Assembly (NCBI GenBank): GCA_964473155.1
Contig: CAYYNT010000009.1
Span: 17,121-81,120 of the forward strand
DNA: 64,000 nucleotides
Source of the DNA: an uncultured Gemmatimonadales bacterium
GTDB taxonomy: Bacteria > Gemmatimonadota > Glassbacteria > GWA2-58-10
Reading direction: 5' to 3'
The position numbers and the translations under genes were made by a program. The notes under the pieces are model-generated. The model did not search any database and was not told where the DNA came from. It was given only the letters and a program-made list of their open reading frames with translations. Positions 1 to 8,407 of the stretch are shown in pieces (within the stretch, counting starts at the first letter, position 1; every line of letters starts with the position of its first letter).

Positions 1-107
1 CCCAGGACACGGGAGACAGTGTCGTGATCCACGGCGAAAAAACCCAGAGGGACCCGCTCGGTGGCGCGGTGCTCCAGGACGTTAATCACAGTTTCACGGC
101 TGTTCAT
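1..107 (-). CDS. Partial CDS (first ~35 codons): N-terminus of a uroporphyrinogen-decarboxylase (URO-D/MtaA-like) family protein; gene continues beyond the window start
   Basis: Minus-strand ATG at ~107 gives MNSRETVINVLEHRATERVPLGFFAVDHDTVSRVLG with no stop to position 1. The pattern ...ER...AL.....DRVP... resembles URO-D family N-termini. The start overlaps the last codons of the upstream endonuclease III-like gene in another frame. Confidence 0.3.
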   Translation of the reverse strand, partial: MNSRETVINVLEHRATERVPLGFFAVDHDTVSRVL

Positions 108-891
108 GACTTCCCCTTTCCAGGTTCCCGAACCTTTTTGCATCGGCGGCGCCAACCGTGGCCGCTGTCCTGACTCCGGTCCGGGCGCAGATATCGGCCA
201 GCGGGCATTCATCGCAGCGCGGAGCGCGTTTGAGGCAGTAGACTACGCATTGACGGTCAAGCAGGGCGTGAAACTCCTGGTAAAGTAACGTGTCCCGCGC
301 GCAGGCGGCCTCGAAACGCGCCTTGAGCGAGCCGTAGCTTTCGTTTTCAGCGGCCCAGCCCAGGCGGTGCAGAAGGCGGCGCGTGTATGAGTCGATCACG
401 AACGTGGGCTGGCACGCGGCGTAGAGAACGATGCAGTCGGCTGTCTCCGGGCCGATGCCGCGAACGCCGAGCAGAAGTTGTCTGAGCGCCGCTGTCTCCA
501 CCCGCAGCAGGTCCTGCCAGCTTAACCCGAAGCGCTCATTTATGAACCTGACCAATGCTTGTATTTTCAGCGCTTTCTGGTTGAAATACCCGGAGGGCCG
601 CAGCAGCGGCGCAAGCTGTTCGAGAGGGACCTCCAGCAGGTGCTGGAAATCGACGAGACCGGCGGAGTAAAGGTTGCCCAGTGCCCTGGCCGCCCCGCGC
701 CAGGCCGTGTTCTGGGCCAGGATCGCTCCCAGCATTACCTCGAGCCTCTGAGTATCGGTGCGCGGTCCGCCGCTGTACTGCGGCTCGCCGCCCTCCTCCG
801 GAGTGACCGGCCACCAGAGCCGCGGCCCGAAATGGTCCATCAGCCGCTCGTACAGCAGCGGCAGCCAAAGTCTGTCCTGTTCTGTGTTCAT
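94..891 (-). CDS. Endonuclease III-family HhH-GPD DNA glycosylase with C-terminal [4Fe-4S] cluster loop
   Basis: HhH-GPD signature LLGVRGIGPETADCIVLYA and a C-terminal Cys-x6-Cys-x2-Cys-x5-Cys motif (CLKRAPRCDECPLADIC) typical of the Nth/MutY Fe-S cluster loop. I chose the internal ATG (MNTEQD...) preceded by GAGAGG; the ORF track allows an upstream start at 951. Confidence 0.75.
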   Translation of the reverse strand: MNTEQDRLWLPLLYERLMDHFGPRLWWPVTPEEGGEPQYSGGPRTDTQRLEVMLGAILAQNTAWRGAARALGNLYSAGLVDFQHLLEVPLEQLAPLLRPSGYFNQKALKIQALVRFINERFGLSWQDLLRVETAALRQLLLGVRGIGPETADCIVLYAACQPTFVIDSYTRRLLHRLGWAAENESYGSLKARFEAACARDTLLYQEFHALLDRQCVVYCLKRAPRCDECPLADICARTGVRTAATVGAADAKRFGNLERGSHEQP

Positions 892-960
892 CCGCCTCTC
901 AATCTCCCGCCGTTCTTGACAGTCCCGTCGATACGCACGATATTTTCCCATTCAGACGGA

Positions 961-3333
961 ATGGAGAAAAATAACATGGCTTTCAGAATCCCACAATTAC
1001 TTGACCGCCCGCAGGTGCGTTTCGGCAGCCTGGGGCTGGCGGCTTTCGCGGTATGCCTCCGGACACTGGGCGCCGGTTTCGTGCAATGGGACGACGGCCT
1101 TCTGACCGACAAGCTGGCATTGCACGGCCTGAGCCTCGAACACCTGCGCGGAATCCTGATTCCATCCGGCATGGCCTGGCAGCCAGTGCGCGACCTGACT
1201 TTCGCCCTGACCTACGCTTTCTCGGGCAGCAGCCCCTGGGGCTATCATCTGGTTAACACATTTCTTTACGTTGCCGTGGCTATCCTGTCCCTTTTCACTC
1301 TGGACGCGATCCTGTCGCGCGCAGGGTTCTCAGGCCGGCAGGGAAGACTGGCAGCCTGGACCGGGGCGCTTCTGTTCACTTTGCACCCGCTGCATGTGGA
1401 AGCTTTCGCCTGGGTCCAGGGCAACAAGGACCTTCTGGCCGGGATGTTCTTCCTCGGCGCTTTCATCCAGCACGGCAAGGCCGCGCGCGCAATCGGAAGA
1501 CAAGCCCTGCTGAGCTATGCCGCCGGTTACTTTCTGTTTATCCTGGCGCTCTGCTCGAAACCATCCGCCGCGGCGTTCCCACTGGTTGTGTTGGCTTTCG
1601 ACCTTCTTCTTCCACCGGTTTCCCCAGACGCGGCTCACAATCCGCGCAAGCGTTTGCTCGCTCTGCATCTGCCCTACTGGGTACCGGCTGCGGCCCTGGC
1701 TGCATATTTCATATTTTTTACCGGGGCGGTCAAGCAGACCGGCTTCACAACAGAGAATTTCCTTGTTCTCCCGCAGATACTTGCAGCCTGCTACAGACTG
1801 GCCGTCCTGCCGGTAGATCTTTTGCACCGCTACCCCGACCCTCAGTTCGCCGGATTCGCCTCGCCGTCTTTCTGGACAGGCTCTCTGATCACAGCTGGAG
1901 CCCTGGCTTTTGTCTGGATCAACAGGCGGAAAAAACCGGCCGAGGCGTTCGGCATGCTCTGGTTTTTTCTCTGCTGGCTGCCTCAGTCGAACATTATCCC
2001 TGTCGCTATCCGCGTGGCGGACCGCTACCTGTTTCTTTCACTCCTCGGCCTGACACTGGTGGTATCGGTTTCAGTCATAAGGCTTTCGGAACGCCTGCAA
2101 CCGTCCGGGCGGATTGCTCTCTGGTCTGGTTTCGGGCTGATCCTGGCCTTTTTCGGCCTTCTGAGCGTACAGCGCGCCGGAGTATGGAAGGATGGCTTGA
2201 CACTCTGGAGCACGGCGGCCAGGAACTGCCCGAAAAACAGTTTTTTCCAGCTCGGTCTGGCCCAAGCGCATATCAGCCACGGAGAACTCGACTCCGCGGC
2301 CGCGGCTTATGAACGCGCACTGGCCCTTGAGCCGGGAAATGTAAAAGCCCTGGTGAACCTGGGGTATACACGCAAGGCGCAGGGCCATCTGGATGAGGCG
2401 CTGTCACTCTACGAGCGTGCACTGTTCCTGGACAGCGGCAATTTCAACGCCCTGAACAGCAGCGGGAACATCCTGGCGCAGCTCGGCCGAGACTCGCTGG
2501 CTGCGGCATTCTACGAGCGCGCCCTGCTTGCCGAGCCGGACAACTACATGGCGCGGGTGAACCTGGCCTCACTGTTGCGTCGCACCGGACGGGAATCGGA
2601 GGCTGATTCCCTGATGAGTGGTCTTGAGCAGGGGAGTCTGCCCCAGCCGGTTGTGTTGCTGCTTCGCGGAAGGCAGTTTATCCAGGAGGGCCGTCTGGAC
2701 AGCGCCCGCTCGCGATTCGAACGCGCTCTGACGCTGGACCGCGAACTGACTCCGGCCCTGGCCGGCCTGGGAGAGATACTCCTGCGCCAGGATTCAGCCG
2801 GGCGGGCGCTTGAAGTGCTCCGCGAAGTCAAATCCGTTGGAGCACCGGACTGGGGTCTGCTGCACAACCTCGGCCTTGCCTTCAGCCGCCTGGGTCAATC
2901 CGATTCGGCGCTGGCATATTATCGCCTGGCCTGGCTCAGTCAACCCGATTCACTGGCCTCGGCCCTGGACTATGCGGTTGCGCTGGCGTCTTCCGACAGC
3001 CTGCCCCGAGCCATCGAAGTCGCCTCAGCCCTGGCCGGGGCGAATCCCGGCGAAACGATGCTGCACTACAACCTCGGAAACTGGCTTCTGCGCCTGGAGC
3101 GCTACAATGAGGCCGCCGACAGCTATCGCGCCGCCCTGAAAGCCAATCCGAAGGATGACAAATCACACCTCAACCTGGGTCTTCTTTACATGCGTTTCCT
3201 GGGACAGCCCGATTCGGCCCTGGCGCATCTTGAGGCCAGCCTGTCCGCCGCTCCCGCCCAGCCGCAGGCACAGACCATCCGGAATGCCATCGAATTGCTG
3301 AAACGGCAGAAAAGCCGGGCTGAAGTTCACTGA
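961..3333 (+). CDS. Multi-pass membrane protein with C-terminal TPR repeats, TMTC/DUF1736-like (putative protein O-glycosyl/mannosyltransferase family)
   Basis: The N-terminal ~500 aa are hydrophobic, with FVQWDD...N and W.P.RDLTFALTY...G.SPWGYHLVN motifs characteristic of TMTC/DUF1736 proteins. The C-terminal ~400 aa hold repeated TPR-like units (AY.RAL.L.P.N). The track ORF begins at 559, overlapping the opposite-strand gene. The first plausible ATG is 961; the ATG at 976 has a better GGAG spacing. Confidence 0.75.
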   Translation: MEKNNMAFRIPQLLDRPQVRFGSLGLAAFAVCLRTLGAGFVQWDDGLLTDKLALHGLSLEHLRGILIPSGMAWQPVRDLTFALTYAFSGSSPWGYHLVNTFLYVAVAILSLFTLDAILSRAGFSGRQGRLAAWTGALLFTLHPLHVEAFAWVQGNKDLLAGMFFLGAFIQHGKAARAIGRQALLSYAAGYFLFILALCSKPSAAAFPLVVLAFDLLLPPVSPDAAHNPRKRLLALHLPYWVPAAALAAYFIFFTGAVKQTGFTTENFLVLPQILAACYRLAVLPVDLLHRYPDPQFAGFASPSFWTGSLITAGALAFVWINRRKKPAEAFGMLWFFLCWLPQSNIIPVAIRVADRYLFLSLLGLTLVVSVSVIRLSERLQPSGRIALWSGFGLILAFFGLLSVQRAGVWKDGLTLWSTAARNCPKNSFFQLGLAQAHISHGELDSAAAAYERALALEPGNVKALVNLGYTRKAQGHLDEALSLYERALFLDSGNFNALNSSGNILAQLGRDSLAAAFYERALLAEPDNYMARVNLASLLRRTGRESEADSLMSGLEQGSLPQPVVLLLRGRQFIQEGRLDSARSRFERALTLDRELTPALAGLGEILLRQDSAGRALEVLREVKSVGAPDWGLLHNLGLAFSRLGQSDSALAYYRLAWLSQPDSLASALDYAVALASSDSLPRAIEVASALAGANPGETMLHYNLGNWLLRLERYNEAADSYRAALKANPKDDKSHLNLGLLYMRFLGQPDSALAHLEASLSAAPAQPQAQTIRNAIELLKRQKSRAEVH

Positions 3334-3345
3334 GCAACGGAGACA

Positions 3346-3386
3346 AAAAGGCCCGCGGAGCAATCATGCTCCGCGGGCTTTTTATT
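3346..3386. terminator. Bidirectional rho-independent terminator between convergent genes
   Basis: Perfect 12-bp stem gcccgcggagca / tgctccgcgggc with a 4-nt loop, flanked by an A-tract upstream and ttttt downstream. It lies between the + gene ending at 3333 and the - gene ending at 3406. Confidence 0.65.
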
Positions 3387-3405
3387 CCGATCTGTCACAG
3401 ATTAT

Positions 3406-4113
3406 TTACTGTGAAACACCGCTTTCCTGGTTGTGCTGGATCACTTTCGTCCCGTCGGGAACCCGGAAAGTAAAGCGTGACTCCGCTATTTTCGGGTTTA
3501 ACCGGTGACTGGAGTACTCATAAATCGAACGGTCGCCGTTTGTCTGTACAATTTCAGTGCGCACCGGGTACCAGCGTCCCTCTGTAACAGTCAGCAGAAC
3601 TTTCTGAATCCCCAGCACCGGACTTGCCGCCGAGGCCCCCTGGATGGGAACCAATCCCAGGGTGATAAGCTCAGCGCCGGAGCTCTCGCGCTGACGGGAT
3701 TCGAGGCTCACCTGGAACTGCTCACGGATACGCGCCGCAGAACCGCCGAATCCGACGAACAGTGCGCTCATGTCCTTGGCCTGCTTGACCGAAAACTCGT
3801 GCACCTGCTTGAGATCGGGGTAATGCAGCCAGCCGCGGTTATGGTTGATAATCAACTGCTGGTGCTCAGGGGACTGTGTGTCCAGCACCAGCTTGTCCGG
3901 ATTACGGAAATAGAACTTCCCGCTCGATACGATTTTCTCATCGAAAACTGTCATGATTTTGGTCTGGACGAAATCCGCCTGCATGTCCTCCAGGCGGGCC
4001 GAACTCTCGGCCATGCGGTCCAGGACCTGATCGACGCTCATCCCGGCCGCCTGTGCCATCCCTGAAAGAGCCAGAACAAAAAACCAGATCAGCAGAACTA
4101 ATCCTTTTCTCAT
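3406..4113 (-). CDS. LolA-family outer-membrane lipoprotein carrier-like periplasmic protein
   Basis: Signal peptide MRKGLVLLIWFFVLALSGMAQA. The LolA-like pattern F.Q.....F......SG.F....P.KL.LD.......LI.N....W.Y.P.L.QV is present. I chose the ATG (MRKG) preceded by GAGGGTGA; the track ORF starts 12 nt upstream at a GTG. Confidence 0.65.
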   Translation of the reverse strand: MRKGLVLLIWFFVLALSGMAQAAGMSVDQVLDRMAESSARLEDMQADFVQTKIMTVFDEKIVSSGKFYFRNPDKLVLDTQSPEHQQLIINHNRGWLHYPDLKQVHEFSVKQAKDMSALFVGFGGSAARIREQFQVSLESRQRESSGAELITLGLVPIQGASAASPVLGIQKVLLTVTEGRWYPVRTEIVQTNGDRSIYEYSSHRLNPKIAESRFTFRVPDGTKVIQHNQESGVSQ

Positions 4114-4138
4114 CTTCAGTATCACCCTCGCCTTGTTT

Positions 4139-5161
4139 TCAGGCCTGCGCCGCCACCCCTGAGGTATCGCGCCGCACCGAGTGGGCGCTGAAATATTCCC
4201 TCAGAAGTTCACCCATCGGTTTGTCAAGATATGAGCGTATGGAAACATAACAGCCGCCGCAATCGTTGTGCGGCAGGAATTCCTTGTGGATCTGACGGAT
4301 CGAGGTGTACTTGCGCTCATGCATCGAACAGGGTTTCAGGAACCCGTCAGGCGTCACCACCAGAAATCGCAATCCGGCGCTGCACGGCTTGATCTCGCCC
4401 TGCTCGAAAAACTTGTAAGTGCCCTCGATGTTAAAATCGGCGTTCTGGATAAGCCCGCAATGAGATTTCTTATACTCAAGCAACTGATCGAGCTGGTCGC
4501 GAAGAACGGCCAGGTCCTCGGGAGTTTCGATGGTATAGGCCCTCTCGCCGGTGCGCAGCACCGAATAGGCGCTGAACGAGGTGGAAACTCCCCAGCGCTC
4601 GGCAACTTTCGCCAGGTCCATGATATGAGGCATGTTCTCGCGGGTTATCGCGCTGTTGAGCACGATGTCATCATAGCCCAGGGCCGCCAGTTCCGGGATG
4701 GTGCGGTCCAGATGATCGAACAGTCCCTTGATGTGCCGCCAGTCATCGTGACGGCGGTCCGGGAAGCAGAGCGAAATAGAAAGCTGGTTTATCCCGGCCT
4801 CGCGCAGCTTGAGATACCTTTCGCGGTCCAGCAGCCAGCCGTTGGAAACCACTATAAGATAAGGGGCTTCATGGCCCGCCGGCTTGATCGCCCTGAGCAC
4901 GTCCTCCAGGTCATCCCGAAGCAGCGGCTCACCACCCGAAACCTGCACTATCATCGGCTTGAGCACGCGCATCAGACGGCGGTAATCCTCCGCGCCGATA
5001 CGCTTCTCATCCGGCACCAGGCCACCCATGTTGCAATGGTTGCAGTTGGCGTTACAGCAATGTGTCATCTCCAGAGAGACGACAGTGGGATAACCGAGAG
5101 CATATCCCGGGATTCCGCGGGTCAACAGCGCCGCGGTCTGTCTCTTGGTCAGCTTTCTCAT
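4139..5161 (-). CDS. Radical SAM enzyme with C-terminal SPASM/twitch-like auxiliary Fe-S domain
   Basis: CCNANCNHC (CxxxCxxC) radical SAM cluster motif near the N-terminus, followed by a VSGGEPLL glycine-rich SAM motif. The C-terminal cysteines C-x17-PC (CSAGLRFLVVTPDGFLKPC) and CGGC fit SPASM. The start ATG overlaps the upstream ATPase stop (ATGA), suggesting translational coupling. Confidence 0.7.
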   Translation of the reverse strand: MRKLTKRQTAALLTRGIPGYALGYPTVVSLEMTHCCNANCNHCNMGGLVPDEKRIGAEDYRRLMRVLKPMIVQVSGGEPLLRDDLEDVLRAIKPAGHEAPYLIVVSNGWLLDRERYLKLREAGINQLSISLCFPDRRHDDWRHIKGLFDHLDRTIPELAALGYDDIVLNSAITRENMPHIMDLAKVAERWGVSTSFSAYSVLRTGERAYTIETPEDLAVLRDQLDQLLEYKKSHCGLIQNADFNIEGTYKFFEQGEIKPCSAGLRFLVVTPDGFLKPCSMHERKYTSIRQIHKEFLPHNDCGGCYVSIRSYLDKPMGELLREYFSAHSVRRDTSGVAAQA

Positions 5162-5856
5162 GTCAACTCTTCTTTAGTGTCGCTTATGCATCCGTCAACC
5201 AGATGCAGCGTACGGTCTCCCTGTCTGGCCACCAGCGGATCGTGGGTGACCATGATAATAGTCTGGTTACGCTCGCCGTGCAGACGCTCGAAAATCTCGA
5301 GGACCCGCCGGGTGTTTTCGCGGTCCAGCGAACCTGTCGGCTCATCCGCCAGCAGGATCGACGGACGCCGCACGAGCGCGCGGGCAATAGCCACCCGCTG
5401 CTGCTCCCCGATGGAAAGCTCGCGCGGGTGATGTTGCATCTTGTTGCCCAGACCGACCATCGCAAGCAGTTCGCGGGGATCGGCGAAATCACCCCGCCCG
5501 TTGCCGAACAGGGTAAGTTTAAGGGCAATGGCCACGTTTTCCAGCGCGGTGAGCGTGGGCAGGAGGTTGAACCGCTGGAAAACGAAACCTATCTTTTCAT
5601 ACCGCAGGCGGGTTGTCCCGCTGTCGCCACGTCCGGTCAGTTCCTGGCCGTCCAGCCAGATTCGGCCCTCCGTCACTGGAGCCAGACCGCCGATCAGGTA
5701 GAGCAGTGTGCTCTTGCCCGAGCCGGACGGCCCCATCAGGCTGAAAAACTCTCCATGTGATACACTAAAAGTAATGCCTTTCAGTATACGGCTGGTCGTG
5801 CTGCCGATAGAATAATCCTTGACAACGCTTTCAACGACAACAGCCTGTCTGTCCAA
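5158..5856 (-). CDS. ABC transporter ATP-binding protein (LolD/MacB/FtsE-type), with no permease gene adjacent
   Basis: Walker A GPSGSGKST, Q-loop, ABC signature LSIGEQQRVAIARAL, Walker B ILLADEPTGSLD and an H-loop are all present. There is no in-frame ATG at the N-terminus; the track start is a TTG with weak GGGA spacing, so the start is uncertain. Confidence 0.75.
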   Translation of the reverse strand: MDRQAVVVESVVKDYSIGSTTSRILKGITFSVSHGEFFSLMGPSGSGKSTLLYLIGGLAPVTEGRIWLDGQELTGRGDSGTTRLRYEKIGFVFQRFNLLPTLTALENVAIALKLTLFGNGRGDFADPRELLAMVGLGNKMQHHPRELSIGEQQRVAIARALVRRPSILLADEPTGSLDRENTRRVLEIFERLHGERNQTIIMVTHDPLVARQGDRTLHLVDGCISDTKEELT

Positions 5857-5966
5857 AGTCCCGGAAATAAAAAAATCCCCTGTCTACGATACTGAAAGGG
5901 TCAGATCGCTGTTTTATGATTTGCTGGCCGGCGGGTATCGCCGTATGATAAGTGCTCACCGCGCTT

Positions 5967-5995
5967 AGTATATTCTAATACAGTAATTATGTCAA
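5967..5995 (-). promoter_or_regulatory. Sigma70-like promoter for the ABC-ATPase / radical SAM / LolA-like operon
   Basis: On the minus strand: TTGACA, a 17-nt spacer, then TATACT, an almost consensus -35/-10. It is followed by a ~100-nt leader ending in a T7 run just before the TTG start. Confidence 0.45.
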
Positions 5996-6045
5996 GATTT
6001 TACCGTCCCCGGCGAACGCTGACTAAATGAACGTTCCCCGGAGCG

Positions 6046-8388
6046 TCAAAGTTTCCATCTGAAAAGACCGTCCGTTTCCCCGTACACTTCCTGGTAACGC
6101 CAGAAATTTGTGAGGACTTGCAAATTATAATCATAAGTTTCATCCAGCGGTATCAGCTCGACAAACAGGTCCAGGTCGAACTCGCTCTCGCGGTCTCCGT
6201 GAGAGCGCTCCAGCCAGGCGGGCAGGTTGCGCGGGTCGGCGTTGTAAGAGCTTATAGCCAGCGCGATATTGCCGTTATACTTTTTCAGGTTCGAGGACAG
6301 GAAGCGCGTTCCCAGGGCAATATTGATCTCCGGTTCGAGCAGACGCGCCGCGCTGACTGTGCCGTATCCGGCCGCGCGCCCCAGCCGCCGTCCCACGGAC
6401 GGCAGCAGTTGCATCAGACCCACAGCCCCGGCGTGGCTTTTCGCGCGCGGATGAAAATTCGATTCCTGGCGCATCACTGCGGTTACAAGGGCAGGCGGGA
6501 TGCCGTTCTTGCGGCCGTGAGTCGCAATGTAGCCCCGGAAAGGCTCGGGATGAATATAAGCTATTTCCCAGAAACCGGAAGGCAGCCCCTCTCCACCTTT
6601 CTGCAGGTAATCCCGGAAAGGACCGCGGAATGTGCGCAGGACACGATGGTACCAGCCCGCCTGGTACAGGTTCTCATGCATCCGGAATCGCAGAAGGTCA
6701 TCCTGCGGTGTAATATTCAGTCCGTTGCTGTAAATGTAGGCCGCCTCGGCGTAAAAGCCCATGGCGCGCCAGACCGCGGCTGTCTTCTGTATTTCCGCTC
6801 CCTGACGGGTGTAGGTCTGGGGAAATTTCGGGGCATCCATTGCAGGCAGGTCCCCGGCGGGATTTAGAGGCGTGGCGTTCCTCAGCCTCGAGCGGAGCGC
6901 CCGCGCCCGGATGCCGTAATAGGTGTACGGATACGCCTGGGCCAGTGCGTTGAAAGCCCTTAACGCTCCAACCGAATCCCCCAGTGTAAGCCGCGCCTTA
7001 CCCAGAAACAGCATCGCCCGTGACCAGTGCAGCGGGTCACGGCGATCTGTTTTTTCAAACGCGCCCAGGTTCTGTGCCACAGCCAGATAATCAAATTTGA
7101 GGTAATCAGTCAGGGCGATGTACCAGTAAATCTGGTTTACAGCCCCGGAATCCGGCCTCTCGGCGGCGAGACGGTTCAGCCGGTCAAGGGCCTGGTCAAA
7201 ACGGTCCTGCTCAATCAATCCGAGGGCATCCAGGATACAAACCCTGAAATAGTCCGGCGTGCCGTGGTAACGCTGTCCCATCTGCTCCGCCAGCTTCCGG
7301 ACTTTTCCGAAATGCTCATCCGCAAGATTTTTATATTTCTGTGCCGTCGAGCGGCGGCTCTTTCCGCCGTATTTTCGCCAGGCATAATCGTTCTTGCGCG
7401 AAATTGCCATGCTTTTCTTGCCGCACTGATACAGGAAATCCGCCCGGATTGACAGAAACTCTGGCAGGCGGGGGCTGGAGGGATAGCGCGCCGCGAAATC
7501 CTCACTGGCCCTGTCCAGCCGGCCGGCCTGCATGACATTGTCCGACAGCGCCCGCACCGGGAAACCGTCCCGGATCAGACGGGCGTTCTCTATCGCGGCG
7601 ATCTCTGCCTCGGGAGAGCCCGGCCAGGTCTCGATCAGACGGGTGAACGCGGTCCGTCCCGCTCCGCCCAGGCCGCGCCCCCAATCGAGCATGCGCGCCG
7701 GAGGGATGTCCGGCGCGCCGGAACCCTTGAGCGCCCAGATCAGCCGGTATGAATCGATGGCCTGGCCTGAGGTTGGAACTTCGTTCCAGAGTGTTTCAAA
7801 AGCCCGGCGGGCAAGCTCCCCGTCGCCACGCGCAGCCAGGCGGAATCCGGAAAGCAGAAGGAGACGGCGCCAGAAGCGGCTCAGAGGGTATTTTGACTTA
7901 TACTCCAAAGAGGCTTCCAGCAGCGCCCGGCCATCTCCCCAGCGCTCGGAAATCAGGCGGGCATTGTCCGTGTATTCGGCCAGAAAAGGCAGACCGGGCT
8001 GAAGAGCGGTGAATGCCTCCGCCGCTCGGCGGTAATCCGGCAGGAACGGCGGGTTGGAGATCGGCAGACGGCTGAAAGAGGGGGCGCTGGACACAATCTG
8101 CGATATAAAATCATCCTCCAGGTCCATGGCCTTCTGGTTAAGGGCCACGGCCCGGGCCAGACGGCGCGCCTGGCTTATCTCACCTGTCCCGGCATCCACC
8201 TCGGCGATTACCGCGGCATAGGTCCGGCGGCGAGCGGCGGGGGTCTGGTCGAAACTTTCCTGAAGACTCTCCACCAGGGGATCGGCAGCCCGCAGTGGTG
8301 ATGTTTCCAGCGGAAAGATTAACAGTCCTGTTAGTAAAAGGAACGCGGATCGTCTCAAAATCATCCCAATGGCTCGGGTCCCAGGCAA
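6046..8388 (-). CDS. Soluble lytic murein transglycosylase (Slt70-like): superhelical N-terminal domain plus C-terminal SLT domain
   Basis: The C-terminal SLT catalytic region ALVTAVMRQESNFHPRAKSHAGAVGLMQLLPSV carries the E-S motif and a GLMQ box. An N-terminal signal peptide follows a possible alternative start MILRR at 8364. The long helical-repeat N-terminal region is typical of Slt70. Confidence 0.75.
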   Translation of the reverse strand: MPGTRAIGMILRRSAFLLLTGLLIFPLETSPLRAADPLVESLQESFDQTPAARRRTYAAVIAEVDAGTGEISQARRLARAVALNQKAMDLEDDFISQIVSSAPSFSRLPISNPPFLPDYRRAAEAFTALQPGLPFLAEYTDNARLISERWGDGRALLEASLEYKSKYPLSRFWRRLLLLSGFRLAARGDGELARRAFETLWNEVPTSGQAIDSYRLIWALKGSGAPDIPPARMLDWGRGLGGAGRTAFTRLIETWPGSPEAEIAAIENARLIRDGFPVRALSDNVMQAGRLDRASEDFAARYPSSPRLPEFLSIRADFLYQCGKKSMAISRKNDYAWRKYGGKSRRSTAQKYKNLADEHFGKVRKLAEQMGQRYHGTPDYFRVCILDALGLIEQDRFDQALDRLNRLAAERPDSGAVNQIYWYIALTDYLKFDYLAVAQNLGAFEKTDRRDPLHWSRAMLFLGKARLTLGDSVGALRAFNALAQAYPYTYYGIRARALRSRLRNATPLNPAGDLPAMDAPKFPQTYTRQGAEIQKTAAVWRAMGFYAEAAYIYSNGLNITPQDDLLRFRMHENLYQAGWYHRVLRTFRGPFRDYLQKGGEGLPSGFWEIAYIHPEPFRGYIATHGRKNGIPPALVTAVMRQESNFHPRAKSHAGAVGLMQLLPSVGRRLGRAAGYGTVSAARLLEPEINIALGTRFLSSNLKKYNGNIALAISSYNADPRNLPAWLERSHGDRESEFDLDLFVELIPLDETYDYNLQVLTNFWRYQEVYGETDGLFRWKL

Positions 8389-8407
8389 CCGTAAGTATTC
8401 AGAAGAA

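Noticed and set aside
559-960. N-terminal 134-codon extension of the TPR membrane protein ORF
   Set aside because: It overlaps the opposite-strand endonuclease III-like gene almost completely and has no signal or TM features. The first ATG with any RBS is at 961/976.
4268-5431. 387-aa plus-strand ORF across the radical SAM / ABC ATPase genes, and similar long antisense ORFs at 35507-36460, 47207-48376 and 48718-49797
   Set aside because: All lie opposite strongly motif-supported genes and show GC-driven stop-codon depletion. None has RBS or domain evidence.
5857-6045. Search for a RiPP precursor-peptide ORF upstream of the ABC ATPase / radical SAM genes
   Set aside because: Translating the minus strand of the whole spacer gave no ATG-initiated small ORF with an RBS. 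It gave the promoter and an untranslated leader. Precursors elsewhere cannot be excluded.
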